Positions 20,111 through 29,790 of a stretch of DNA of 64,000 nt are shown here, one piece after another. The DNA is taken from positions 128,001 to 192,000 of the forward strand of contig CAVUXE010000035.1 of NCBI GenBank assembly GCA_963745235.1, in the 5' to 3' direction. Position 1 is the first letter of the stretch; each line of letters begins with the position of its first letter. This stretch comes from an uncultured Spirochaetota bacterium (GTDB taxonomy: Bacteria > Spirochaetota > Spirochaetia > SZUA-6 > Fen-1364). The notes under the pieces are model-generated. The model was not told the DNA's origin, made no database searches, and saw nothing but the letters and a program-made list of their open reading frames with translations. A program made the position numbers and the translations under genes.

Positions 20111-21175
20111 ATGGGGAAAGTCATTCTCAAGGCGCAGGATCTGGACGGATACCTGACAGCAGCGGACAAGGCCACGATTCAGGATATGAATGGCAGGTTC
20201 GACAAGGTGCTGCAGCGTTTTGCCGTGCTTTCCGATCCGTCCCGGGAGAAGGAAAAGGACAGGGCGACGGAAGAGCTCATTGGGCTGTACAACGAGCTGG
20301 GCCACGCGATGCGAGAGATCGTTGCCAAGGAGCCGCGCGTGCACGTCTACTCCTTCGAGACTCCCCGCGAGGTGCATGGGGAGGTTTCACGCCTCATCGC
20401 GAAGCTTCGCGACTCCCGCACCGAGAATCCGGAGTTCCTCTATTATACCCAGCGCGCGTATGAGCTGCTTTTCAATTTCGCCTTCGGCTCCGCGGCGGAC
20501 AGGAAGAAGAACCACATCGTTGTGAAGACCCCCGTCACGCTCCCCATCCAGAACTACGCCGTGCACAAGATTCCCGACGTTGACGAGCGCATCGAGAACT
20601 CGGTGATGTGCGTCATGCTGCGCGGGGCGCTTCTCCCCGCCATGATCATGTCGAAAGAGATCCAGGAGTACTCATCCCGTGGGTACGTCACCCCGTTCGC
20701 GCTGTTCAAGATCTCGCGAGATGACACCAAGGTCGAGAGCAACATGGAATACGTGCTCAACCTCGATCTCTCCTATTTCGATCCCGCCGCCCTGGACGGA
20801 AAGGACCTGTTCTTCGCTGACCCCATGAATGCAACGGGAGGCAGCCTCGTCACGGTGGTCAAATACCTCCTTGATCACGGGGTGAAGCCGCGGTCCATCA
20901 AGTTTTTCAACGTCATCTCGGTCCTCAAGGGAGCCTTGAGGATCGTTCGAGCCCTGGAAACGGCGGAGATCTACACTCTGTGGATGGATCCGATTCTCAA
21001 CAACAAGGCGTACATCCTCCCCGGACTGGGAGACGCAGGGGACCGCATAAATGGTCACGACAACGATGAGAGACCGCGGAACATAATCCAGCTCATAGCG
21101 GATTACGGAACTGCCATTGTCTCTCTCTACCGAGAGCAGGTGAGGAAGATCGAGCAGACGGTGCTCGGAGGCTGA
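20111..21175 (+). CDS. upp: Uracil phosphoribosyltransferase, long form with N-terminal helical extension
   Basis: MLRGA; DPMNATGGS; LNNKAYILPGLGDAGDR. Confidence 0.88.
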   Translation: MGKVILKAQDLDGYLTAADKATIQDMNGRFDKVLQRFAVLSDPSREKEKDRATEELIGLYNELGHAMREIVAKEPRVHVYSFETPREVHGEVSRLIAKLRDSRTENPEFLYYTQRAYELLFNFAFGSAADRKKNHIVVKTPVTLPIQNYAVHKIPDVDERIENSVMCVMLRGALLPAMIMSKEIQEYSSRGYVTPFALFKISRDDTKVESNMEYVLNLDLSYFDPAALDGKDLFFADPMNATGGSLVTVVKYLLDHGVKPRSIKFFNVISVLKGALRIVRALETAEIYTLWMDPILNNKAYILPGLGDAGDRINGHDNDERPRNIIQLIADYGTAIVSLYREQVRKIEQTVLGG

Positions 21176-21181
21176 GCGCGC

Positions 21182-21566
21182 CTACCCTCCGAGGTTCTCC
21201 CGCACCTTGTCCACAAGCGTGCGCGGATCCACGGGCTTTTCCAGGAACTCATTCGACGGGAAGGAAGTCCTCATCTTTCTTTCGGTCGAAAGAAAACCCG
21301 GTACGTGCCCCGACGCTGGTGACCATGACTATGGGAATGCAGGAAAGCTGGGGATCCTGTTTCATCGAGTAAGTCACCTGGAACCCTTCGTCATCCGTGT
21401 TCATCATGACATCCAGGATCATGAGGTCAGGCCGCGTCGAGCGCGCCTTGGTGATGGCGTCCGCTCCATTTGTCGCCCAGTCTACTCCGTAGCCCTCGGC
21501 CTCCAGGACGATCTTCATCGACTCGAACACATCCCTGTCGTCATCGACAATGAGTATCTTCTTCAT
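21182..21566 (-). CDS. Single-domain response regulator, frameshift near 21252
   Basis: KILIVDDD; DLMILDVMM; IVMVTS; continues EFLEKPVDP in adjacent frame. Confidence 0.85.
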
Positions 21567-22054
21567 GGCAGAAGTCCTACCTCCTCTTTGATTCTCGCCC
21601 GCATCTCGGGCAGTCGAGCCAGGATTTGCCGGGAAAGCCCGCGGCCGTCTCCCATGTCCGCGCCCTCGATCCCCATGATCCGTACCTGCCCAGCGCACCC
21701 CAGGCCCTCCAGGAGGCTGAGCGCTTCCGCAAGGTCCGCGTCATGCGGGGACAGTCCCCCTCCGCGCGCCGTGAGCGCCGCTTCGCCGGGCGCGAACATT
21801 CGAAACTCGCCGGCCGGCAGGCCCATGTGCGCCGCGTCCACCAGGATGACCCAGCGGCCATCAACCGCGTGGGCCGCCGCCAGGAGACTGTCCATCCCCG
21901 CCGGAACCACGGCAATGTCCCTGGCGGCCTCGGGCACCCAGGCCCCCGCGTCAAGCTCTTCCCGCAGCCCTTCTACGACGAGGACGCCGACTCCGTCATC
22001 CCGCTTCTCGATGTTGCCGAGGCCGACAATGCTGACGGCCTGTCTGGAGCTCAT
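21563..22054 (-). CDS. Hydrogenase maturation endopeptidase
   Basis: VGLGNIEKRDDGVG; ILVDAA; LSPH; follows large-subunit gene. Confidence 0.9.
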   Translation of the reverse strand: MSSRQAVSIVGLGNIEKRDDGVGVLVVEGLREELDAGAWVPEAARDIAVVPAGMDSLLAAAHAVDGRWVILVDAAHMGLPAGEFRMFAPGEAALTARGGGLSPHDADLAEALSLLEGLGCAGQVRIMGIEGADMGDGRGLSRQILARLPEMRARIKEEVGLLP

Positions 22055-23366
22055 TTCTGGGCGCCTCGGAACTCCACGTCCAGGAAATGCACCGAGCACG
22101 AAATGCACGGGTCATACGCGCGCACAAGCATCTCCAGCGTGAGAGTCATCTGGTCCTGGGACATCCCCTTGTTGATCATCCAGGGGACGAGCTCCCGCAT
22201 GTCATCGTCAATCGACTGCGTATTCTGCGTCGTCGGGATGATGCAGTTGGCCTTCACGATCTGGCCCCGGTTGTCATAGATATAGTCGTGGAAGAGAATG
22301 CCGCGCGGCACCTCGGTGGCTTCCGCGCCCCGGCCTTCGCGCAGCTTATCCGGGACCGCCGGCTTCTCATCACGGATTCCCTGTGCAAGAAGCTGGTCCA
22401 GGAGCCTGAGGGATTCCTCCACAACGTGAACCGTCTCCACCAGCTGCGCGGCGGTGTTGAGGAAGGGGTTCTTGACAATCGGCTTGAGGCCAAGCTGGTC
22501 CGCGACGCTGCGGGCCAGGGGATTCAGGAGGTCGAAGTTGTTGTTGAGACGCCCGAGGGCTCCCACGAAGTACGAGGAGCGCGCGTGGCGGCAGTGCTTG
22601 GCGGTGGAGTGAGGAACAACGAACTCATTGGTCACCGAGAGGTAGTCATCCACGGGCGAAAGCCCCGTGTCGGTGGAGGCGATCTTCCCGTCGTAGAAGG
22701 CGTACTCCCCGTGATCCCGGAGCCCCACGTATTCGGTTTCCCGCTCGAACGCCGGGAACTTGTCTACCAGGCTCTTGAGCAGCTCCAGGGAGGCCTTGGC
22801 GTCCGGCACCATCTGGTTGGCCAGCATGTCCCGTATCCACCGCAGGTCCCCCATGGACGGCAGCCTGGTGAAGCCGCCCGGCACGAGCCTGTTGGGGTGA
22901 ATGGTCCGCCCCCCAGCCTGTCGCAGATGTCGTTGGCGAGCTTCTTCATGCGAAGCGCCATCTTGACCACGTCCGGGTGTGAGCCTGCCAGGGGCACCAC
23001 GGAGGGCACTCCCAGCAGATCAGGGGCGGCCAGGAAATAGATGTGCAGGACGTGGCTTTGCATTGTGGCCCCGTAGGTAAGGAGCTTGCGAAGGAGCACT
23101 GTCTGCTCGCTCACGGGGATCCCGAGGGCCTTTTCGGTTGCCTTCAGGGAGGTCACCTGGTGGCCGACCGAGCAAATGCCGCATATCCTCGAGGTGATGA
23201 GGGCGATATCGGTGTACGAGAACCCCTTGACCATCGCCTCGAAATAACGGGGCGGCTCGACCACCTCCAGGTGGGAGGTGATCAGTTTCCCTTCTTTCAT
23301 GTCTATGACGATGTTCCCGTGGCCTTCGACGCGCGTCACGTACGGGACCTCGATCTTCAGAGACAT
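22051..23366 (-). CDS. Group 3b [NiFe] hydrogenase large (alpha) subunit, frameshift near 22905
   Basis: TRVEGHG; L1 RICGICSVGH; EVPRG; L2 DPCISCSVH plus cleavable C-terminal tail. Confidence 0.92.
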
Positions 23367-23394
23367 GCTTGTCCGGGTGCCTGCTGCGAGGGTG

Positions 23395-24150
23395 CTACTC
23401 ATCTTTCTTCTCCTCCAGCTCAACGTAGTTGGAGTTGAACATGTAGAATCGGTTCCTGATCTGGTGCATGGAAAGCTTGTATTTTTCCATCACGTCCCGG
23501 GCGGCGTTCTTGTTGAGGTCCGGGACGACCCCCCGGCAGCCGAAGCAATAGTGCCCGTTGGACGGGCAGGCCGCGTTGCATCCCGCGCGGGTAACGGGAC
23601 CCATGCACACGGTCCCGTAATCATAGAGACATTCATTTTCCAGCGCCTTGCATTCCACGCAGACCGCGTGCTCCGGAATGACCGGCTTCTTTCCGGTCAG
23701 GATGGCGGAGAGCACGCGCTTGAACTCCTTGTTGTCCATGGGGCAGCCCGGCACGAAGTAATCAACCTTCACGACATCCGACACCGGCTGGGCTTTGATG
23801 GAAGGGAATAGGTACTTGTCCGCCCCGTAGACTTCCTGCTTCACGGCATCGATGTCCATCCTGTTGCGGATGGCGTTGATTCCGCCGATATGCGCGCATG
23901 CGCCAAGGGCCACAAGGACCTTGGCCTGCCGCCGGATCTTGTGAATCCTTTCCACGCAGTGGGGAGTGCTGATGGATCCCTCGACAAAAGCGATCTCGTA
24001 GTCATCACGCCTGTCCGAGATGGCTTCCCGAAAGTTGACCAGCTCAACCAGGCCCAGGATGTCAAGGATATCGTCCTCGAGGTTCAGCTTCGACAGCTGG
24101 CATCCCTCACACGACGTGAAGTCGAAAAAGGCCACTTTCGGTTTGCTCAC
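23395..24150 (-). CDS. Group 3b hydrogenase small (delta) subunit
   Basis: FDFTSCEGCQ; GACA; VPGCP; VCVEC; CMGPVTRAGCNAACP..CFGCRG. Confidence 0.92.
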   Translation of the reverse strand: MSKPKVAFFDFTSCEGCQLSKLNLEDDILDILGLVELVNFREAISDRRDDYEIAFVEGSISTPHCVERIHKIRRQAKVLVALGACAHIGGINAIRNRMDIDAVKQEVYGADKYLFPSIKAQPVSDVVKVDYFVPGCPMDNKEFKRVLSAILTGKKPVIPEHAVCVECKALENECLYDYGTVCMGPVTRAGCNAACPSNGHYCFGCRGVVPDLNKNAARDVMEKYKLSMHQIRNRFYMFNSNYVELEEKKDE

Positions 24151-25010
24151 TGGATGGCCTCCTTCAGGTCCTTGATCCTGCCGTAATTGAACACCGGCCC
24201 CTCCTGGCAGACGTAGACGTTGTTGATCTGGCAGTGCCCGCACTTGCCGACTCCGCACTTCATCTTGCGTTCCAGGGACACATAGATCTGCTCATCCCGA
24301 AGGCCTTTCGAGCGAAGGGCGAGGATTGCGAACTTGTACATGACCGGGGGACCGCAAATGGCGGCCACCGTGTTGGGCACGTCCAGCTTCAGGTCCGGGA
24401 CGAGGGTTGTGATCACTCCCAGGTGACCGTTCCAGTCCGGGGCGGCGCGGTCCACCGTCACGTGGTATTCCAGGTCCTTGCGCGTCTCCCAGGATTTCCT
24501 CTCATCCCGGAAGATGAACTCTGAGGGATGCTTGACTCCGTAGAGAACGACGACCCTTCCGAAGTCTCCCCGCCTGCCCGGATGGAGCAGCGTGTTGATG
24601 AGAGAACGAAGCGGCGGAAGCCCGAGCCCGGCGGCCACGAAGATCACGTCCTTGCCCTGGAGCCCCTCCACATCGAATCCCTTTCCAAATGGCCCTCGGA
24701 TCCCGATCTTGTCTCCTGTTTTCAGACGATGCAGGGCTGAGCTGAGGTTCCCGACGTCGCGAACCACCATCTCGAAGGTGCCTTTCGCGAGCGGCGAGGA
24801 ACAGATGGAAATGGGTGCTTCTCCGATCCCCATGAGGGAGACCTGCACGAACTGGCCCGGCTGGTGTCCCAGGTCCCGACCCCCGGGAAGCCTCACTTCG
24901 AAGAGCGTTTCCAGGGCGGACATTTTTTCCACCCGCACCACGTCAGCGACCTCGGGAACGTAGATGTTTTTTTCCGTTGCGGCCCGGGCCGCAATGCTCG
25001 TTGATGCCAT
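24147..25010 (-). CDS. Group 3b hydrogenase gamma subunit (FAD/NAD(P)-binding, 2Fe-2S)
   Basis: PGQF; GEAPISI; RGPFG; CGPPVM; SLERKMKCGVGKCGHC. Confidence 0.92.
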   Translation of the reverse strand: MASTSIAARAATEKNIYVPEVADVVRVEKMSALETLFEVRLPGGRDLGHQPGQFVQVSLMGIGEAPISICSSPLAKGTFEMVVRDVGNLSSALHRLKTGDKIGIRGPFGKGFDVEGLQGKDVIFVAAGLGLPPLRSLINTLLHPGRRGDFGRVVVLYGVKHPSEFIFRDERKSWETRKDLEYHVTVDRAAPDWNGHLGVITTLVPDLKLDVPNTVAAICGPPVMYKFAILALRSKGLRDEQIYVSLERKMKCGVGKCGHCQINNVYVCQEGPVFNYGRIKDLKEAIQ

Positions 25011-25021
25011 CGCCTTACCTC

Positions 25022-26011
25022 CTACAGAAGGGCGTTCATCACGTCGACGATGTTTATCTGCGCCGTGCACTGACGAACGCACCTTCCGCAGCCGACACAG
25101 AACGGCTGCCCTTTCCCGTCGGTGATATAGGCGAACTTCCGCGACATGCGGTGACGCACGCGGTCATGGCGCTTGTCCCGGAAGGCTTCTCCACCTGCCA
25201 CCTTTGTGAAGTCGAGGAACTGGCAGGAATCCCACGCGCGGATGCGAGAGCCCTTGTCCGTGCCCAGCACGACCTGGTCATCCACGTCGAAGCAGTAGCA
25301 TGTTGGACAACAGACGTTGCAGGTTCCGCACGAATGGCACTTCCTGGCCGTTTCCTTCCAGACGGGGTGATTGTATGCCCCATGGAATATCTCCCGAATG
25401 CCGGCAATGGACTGTTTGAGCTTGTTCTTGAAATGAACCACGGGATCCCCGGGACAGTCGCAGTCCACCAGGAGCTCCTTGATGGCGGTAGCCACGTCCC
25501 TGCCCCGGTCCGTCAGAGCTTCCACGCGGTAGTGATCATCGAAGCGCGTCAGGAACGCATCAAAGCCGTCCTTCATGCTCGTCGGGACGCCCACCGAGTC
25601 CGCGAAGTGGAAGGAATCCGGCTCATACGTTACGCCGACGAATACCGAATTGCGTCTGCGCTCTATCCATGTGCTGTCTTTGACCCCTGAGGTGAAGGCA
25701 TGGTCAAGTCTGAAGACGCCCTGGAGCTCGTAGTTGTGGATCCCGAAGTACAGCGTCGGCTTGCTCTCCAGCTGAGGTACTGATACTGCCTGGGTCTTCC
25801 TGTCGAACGTGAAAATCACGTCGGACGGCGGTAGGAAGAACTTCTTGAGGGGCAGAATGGTGGTTGGGTAGTCCAGAGTCACCTGGGACGGTTCCTGGAC
25901 GGCGGCAAAGACGAAGCTCTTGCCTTTTGGCGTTGCGGCTACGATCTGGTACTTTTTGCTGAGGAGGGTAACCGCCTCAGATACTTTTGACCTGGGGATG
26001 GCCCGCTGCAT
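25022..26011 (-). CDS. Group 3b hydrogenase beta subunit (4Fe-4S, AsrA-like)
   Basis: CHSCGTCNVCCPTCYCF; WDSC; CVGCGRCVRQC. Confidence 0.92.
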   Translation of the reverse strand: MQRAIPRSKVSEAVTLLSKKYQIVAATPKGKSFVFAAVQEPSQVTLDYPTTILPLKKFFLPPSDVIFTFDRKTQAVSVPQLESKPTLYFGIHNYELQGVFRLDHAFTSGVKDSTWIERRRNSVFVGVTYEPDSFHFADSVGVPTSMKDGFDAFLTRFDDHYRVEALTDRGRDVATAIKELLVDCDCPGDPVVHFKNKLKQSIAGIREIFHGAYNHPVWKETARKCHSCGTCNVCCPTCYCFDVDDQVVLGTDKGSRIRAWDSCQFLDFTKVAGGEAFRDKRHDRVRHRMSRKFAYITDGKGQPFCVGCGRCVRQCTAQINIVDVMNALL

Positions 26012-26144
26012 GTGTTGCGCCTCCTGGGTCTTTGTTGATCTTGACCTATTTGATCATTTATTAACGATTTTGTCAAGTATTCGCGATAAAGATCACGACA
26101 TAACGTCTATGGATTGCTTGTCCTTTGGTTTTCTGTTTGATATC

Positions 26145-26810
26145 ATGCGCGCCACTATGGCACTGTTCCTGATCGGCTCTCTTCCTCTTTTCTTCCTTCT
26201 TTTCGTCTGGCTTCCGTGGAGTCCGAAAAGGGCGCCCGAAGCGTCTTTTGTGGTTGGGACGTTCCTCAAAGGCGTCCTCATGTTCTTTCCCGGGTACCTG
26301 GTCCTCCTGATAGCGCGGAGGATCTTCGGTTTTTCGTACTCCGGATTCCTTCTTTTCCTGTCCCTTCTCCAACGCGATCAGCTGTTTCCGCTGCTTGCAG
26401 GCATGGGCTGCCTGCTGATCCTGACGAGCAAGCTTCAGATCTCGGGGATAGAAGAAGAGAATTTTCTCGGCGTTTTCGCTTTCCTCGCGGGCTTCCTGGC
26501 CATGGAGAACATTGCAGACCTTGTTCGTGCATGGGGGAACTGGAGCTCGTACATCCTGTTCCTGCTCCCTATTCAGAGGCTTTCCATCGTGCTTCTTGTT
26601 TCCCTGGTCGCTCGAAGGTTCTTTCCCTGGGAGGGGCGGGACGCGGCCTTCTTCCTTGCCACAGGCGCGGCACTTGCCGTTGGCTTGACCGTCCCCGCGT
26701 TCCTTTTCTTTATCGATCGCGAGGGCTGGTCGATACTGCTGACGGTGCTGCCGCTGTTCGCGGCCGTGATTTCCTTTGCGATGCGTTTCCCGCGGGTGCT
26801 TCGGGCCTAG
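26145..26810 (+). CDS. Hypothetical multi-pass membrane protein
   Basis: About seven hydrophobic segments; start uncertain. Confidence 0.7.
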   Translation: MRATMALFLIGSLPLFFLLFVWLPWSPKRAPEASFVVGTFLKGVLMFFPGYLVLLIARRIFGFSYSGFLLFLSLLQRDQLFPLLAGMGCLLILTSKLQISGIEEENFLGVFAFLAGFLAMENIADLVRAWGNWSSYILFLLPIQRLSIVLLVSLVARRFFPWEGRDAAFFLATGAALAVGLTVPAFLFFIDREGWSILLTVLPLFAAVISFAMRFPRVLRA

Positions 26811-26840
26811 ACCCTGGCTTCGGCCAACCACGTTGGCGTG

Positions 26841-26916
26841 GAACGGGTACCGCGTGCTCGCCGAACGGGTACGGCGTATTCGCCGAACGGGTACTCCCGT
26901 ACTCCCGTACTCCGTA
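26841..26916. repeat. Short nested tandem repeats between convergent genes
   Basis: GAACGGGTAC at 26841, 26863 and 26885 (22-bp period), then GTACTCCC repeats. Confidence 0.75.
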
Positions 26917-26928
26917 GTCGCGTATCCC

Positions 26929-27900
26929 CTACGCGTTTCCCGCGCTGCCCACCACTTCCTTGTTCTTGCGCTCTATAAGCTTGGTGAGCTCATCACGCGC
27001 AGGCCCGAGGTAGTTGCGCGGATCGAACCCCTTGGGATCCTCTGCGAACGCCTTGCGGATCATGGCCGTCATGACCAGCCTGCCATCCGAGTCGATGTTT
27101 ATCTTGCAGACGGCTGACCGTGCGGCCCTGCGGAGCTGTTCTTCCGGGATCCCGACCGCCCCGTCCAGTTTCCCGCCGTATTTGTTGATGATATCAACAT
27201 ACTCCTTCACGACCGACGACGCTCCGTGAAGGACAATGGGGAAACCAGGAATCCGCCGCTCCACTTCCTCGAGGATGTCGAAACGCAGCGTCGGCATGGG
27301 ATCACCGGGCTTGAGCTTGAACTTGTACGCGCCGTGCGAGGTGCCAATCGAGATGGCCAGGCTGTCAACGCCGGTCTTCTTCACGAAGTCCTCCACGTCG
27401 TTCGGGTCTGTGTAGTGGGATTTCTCCGATGCAACCTCGTCTTCAATGCCGGCAAGGACGCCCAGCTCACCCTCCACGGTCACGTCGTGGGTATGGGCAA
27501 ACTGCACCACCTTCTTCGTGACCTCCACGTTCTTGTCATAGGGCAGGGACGAGCCGTCTATCATGACCGACGAGAATCCGCTTTCGATGCACGAAACACA
27601 CAGCTCGTAGGAGTCTCCATGATCGAGGTGAAGGGCAACAGGGATGGTGAGACCTGCGGCCTTGATCATCTCCATGGCTCCCTGGGCCATGTACTGCAGG
27701 AGGACCTGGTTGGCGTACTTCCGAGCGCCCTTGGAAACCTGGAGGATGACCGGGGACCGGCTGTTCATGCATCCCTGGATGATGGCCTGCAGCTGCTCCA
27801 TGTTGTTGAAGTTGTATGCGGGAATGGCGTATTTGCCTGCCATTGCCTTGCGGAACATTTCTCGAGTGTTCACGAGACCGAGCTCTTTGTAGCTGACCAT
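26929..27900 (-). CDS. fba: Class II fructose-bisphosphate aldolase
   Basis: ALHLDHG; SSVMIDGS; VEGELG; IGTSHGAYK; VLHGASS; KINID. Confidence 0.95.
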   Translation of the reverse strand: MVSYKELGLVNTREMFRKAMAGKYAIPAYNFNNMEQLQAIIQGCMNSRSPVILQVSKGARKYANQVLLQYMAQGAMEMIKAAGLTIPVALHLDHGDSYELCVSCIESGFSSVMIDGSSLPYDKNVEVTKKVVQFAHTHDVTVEGELGVLAGIEDEVASEKSHYTDPNDVEDFVKKTGVDSLAISIGTSHGAYKFKLKPGDPMPTLRFDILEEVERRIPGFPIVLHGASSVVKEYVDIINKYGGKLDGAVGIPEEQLRRAARSAVCKINIDSDGRLVMTAMIRKAFAEDPKGFDPRNYLGPARDELTKLIERKNKEVVGSAGNA

Positions 27901-27966
27901 TGAGTTTCCTCCCGAAAAGGTATGAAATAGTATCCCGCGATGCACTCACACTGTCAAGGGCGGGAT

Positions 27967-28910
27967 GTGTCTTCACGCGCTTCCCTGAAGCGCGCGCTTT
28001 GTGCAACGGTCCTTTTTGGCTGCGCCGTGCTGACGAGCGGGTGCTGGAACGGCCGCGTCCTCTTTGCCATGGAAGAATCCTATTGGGCCGCGGAAGGGGG
28101 AGGCGCGCTTCTTCACCGTTCTCTTTTTCGCGCTTCGTTTGCGCATGGCTACTTTCCGGGATTCCTTCTCATCAGAACGCAGGAGGATCCTGTAGCGAGT
28201 CTCCGCAGAGAGCTGACGATCCATCATTACAGGGCCGCTGTGGTCGGCCCGCTTTTGTCCCTGGACCCGCAGGTCTTCACGGCAGTCCCTCCCTCCACTC
28301 GTCTGCTGCTTGTTGACGGCGCGAGTGCCGCCGCTCCCCCGGCAACATGGTTCGCCTGGTGTTCGACCGAAGAGAAGCATTTCGAATTGCCGGGTCGGCG
28401 GCTGGACTGGCTATCCGTCACCAGGCCGGCGGAACGCTTACCAATGCGCTTGCCTCCCGGATTGGCGTCCTTCTCTCGATTCATCCCTCGGGAACCCAGG
28501 AGGAGCTTTCTGCTTTCATGGCAGGAGTGGCGCAGGCCCTCGACGGCGGGCAGCCGTCAATCAGGAGTCTTTCCGACCCCGTCGATCGCAACGCCGTTCA
28601 ATCTGCCATCGAGCAGATGCGACGGGACGGGGTAGAGATCTTTCTATTGTTCATGGGCGCCCCTGATTCATGGGCGCTGGATACGCTGAGAAACGCGGGG
28701 GGAAGCGCAATTGTCTCGGACTGGGCGCCATCGCGGGCCTTCCCCGCCCAGGTTTTTCTCTCCGTAGATACGGATCTTGCCGGCGGAGTTGCACGCTTCC
28801 TGGCACAGGCGCACACCGGGGAAGGCATCGTGAGCGGTCCCGTGAGGATTGTCGCCGGGAAGGCTCTGCCAATTCCTTCGGAGGTCGCAGCCCAGGTGGC
28901 TGCCCGGTGA
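27967..28910 (+). CDS. Putative lipoprotein, BMP/periplasmic-binding-like, frameshift near 28345
   Basis: Lipobox LTSGC; second frame FDRREAFRIAG... Confidence 0.55.
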
Positions 28911-28960
28911 GAGCGAAAAGCCTTTCGGCTGCGCGCGTTGCCATGGAAGGGGAAAAAAAT

Positions 28961-28989
28961 TTGACAAGGGGTTGCCCCAGAAATATAAT
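28961..28989 (+). promoter_or_regulatory. Sigma70 promoter of flaA pair
   Basis: Perfect TTGACA-17 nt-TATAAT. Confidence 0.85.
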
Positions 28990-29041
28990 TTCGAGTGACT
29001 TGGAAACTGACTGCGTTCCGCTTTTGCAAAAGGAGACGGGC

Positions 29042-29785
29042 ATGACGCCAGGATTGAGAGCGTTCCTCGGCACAGCGATGACTTTCATACTCCTTTTCAC
29101 CGCCGGTGGGGTCTCTGCGCAGGACAACACCGTGAGCCTGCAGGTGCGGCCCCTGATAACCTTCGATGATCAGGCGAAAGCGGGCAACTGGATCGTTCAA
29201 GGAAGCAAGTTTGCGACACAGGGCTTTCCTCAGTACAAGTTGGTGAAAGCCTGGCCTGAAGCGGTGTACGGCCGCAACAAGGAAAACAGGGACCTGTACT
29301 CCATGGGGATCCATAGCAAGTTCGATCGCAAGGGGTACAACTACATCGAGATCATTCCTGCCACAAAGGACAGTTCGGGAAACATAGTCCCAACAACCAT
29401 TCCCATCCCCGGCAAGGTGCAGCGCATGGATGTCTGGGTATGGGGCTCGAACTACAATTACACCATGGACCTCTTCCTGCGGGACTACCGCGGGATAGAC
29501 CACGTTCTCCACCTTGGCTCGCTGCAGTTCATGGGTTGGCGGGACCTGGCGGTATCCGTGCCGGGCTCCATTCCCCAGTCGCGCAGGTATATTCCCCAGT
29601 TCCAGGGCCTCGAGCTGACGAAGCTGGTCATCTGGACCGCACCGGAGGAAAAGGTGGACGACTACTGGGTGTTCCTTGACGAGCTCACCATCCTCACGGA
29701 CATGTACCAGACCCGATACGATGGCGAGGACCTGGCTGATCCTGACTACCTGAACCAGATCTGGTCGCAGCAGGCGAGCAAGTAG
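29042..29785 (+). CDS. flaA: Flagellar filament outer-layer (sheath) protein
   Basis: Signal peptide; FDRKGYNYIEI; DVWVWGSNYNY; LGSLQFMGWRDL. Confidence 0.9.
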   Translation: MTPGLRAFLGTAMTFILLFTAGGVSAQDNTVSLQVRPLITFDDQAKAGNWIVQGSKFATQGFPQYKLVKAWPEAVYGRNKENRDLYSMGIHSKFDRKGYNYIEIIPATKDSSGNIVPTTIPIPGKVQRMDVWVWGSNYNYTMDLFLRDYRGIDHVLHLGSLQFMGWRDLAVSVPGSIPQSRRYIPQFQGLELTKLVIWTAPEEKVDDYWVFLDELTILTDMYQTRYDGEDLADPDYLNQIWSQQASK

Positions 29786-29790
29786 GAGGC

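Noticed and set aside
19514-20377. Long mutual overlap of hypF (883 aa) and upp (553 aa) ORFs
   Set aside because: Upstream extensions are GC-rich open frames; homologous sequence starts near 20035 (-) and 20111 (+)
21249-21251. TGA in the response regulator as selenocysteine
   Set aside because: The conserved continuation is in another frame, so this is an indel rather than recoding
22051-22130. [NiFeSe] hydrogenase
   Set aside because: L2 motif is DPCISC with ordinary Cys codons
26841-26916. 22-bp periodic repeat as a mini-CRISPR
   Set aside because: Repeat of 10-14 nt and spacers of 8-12 nt are far too short
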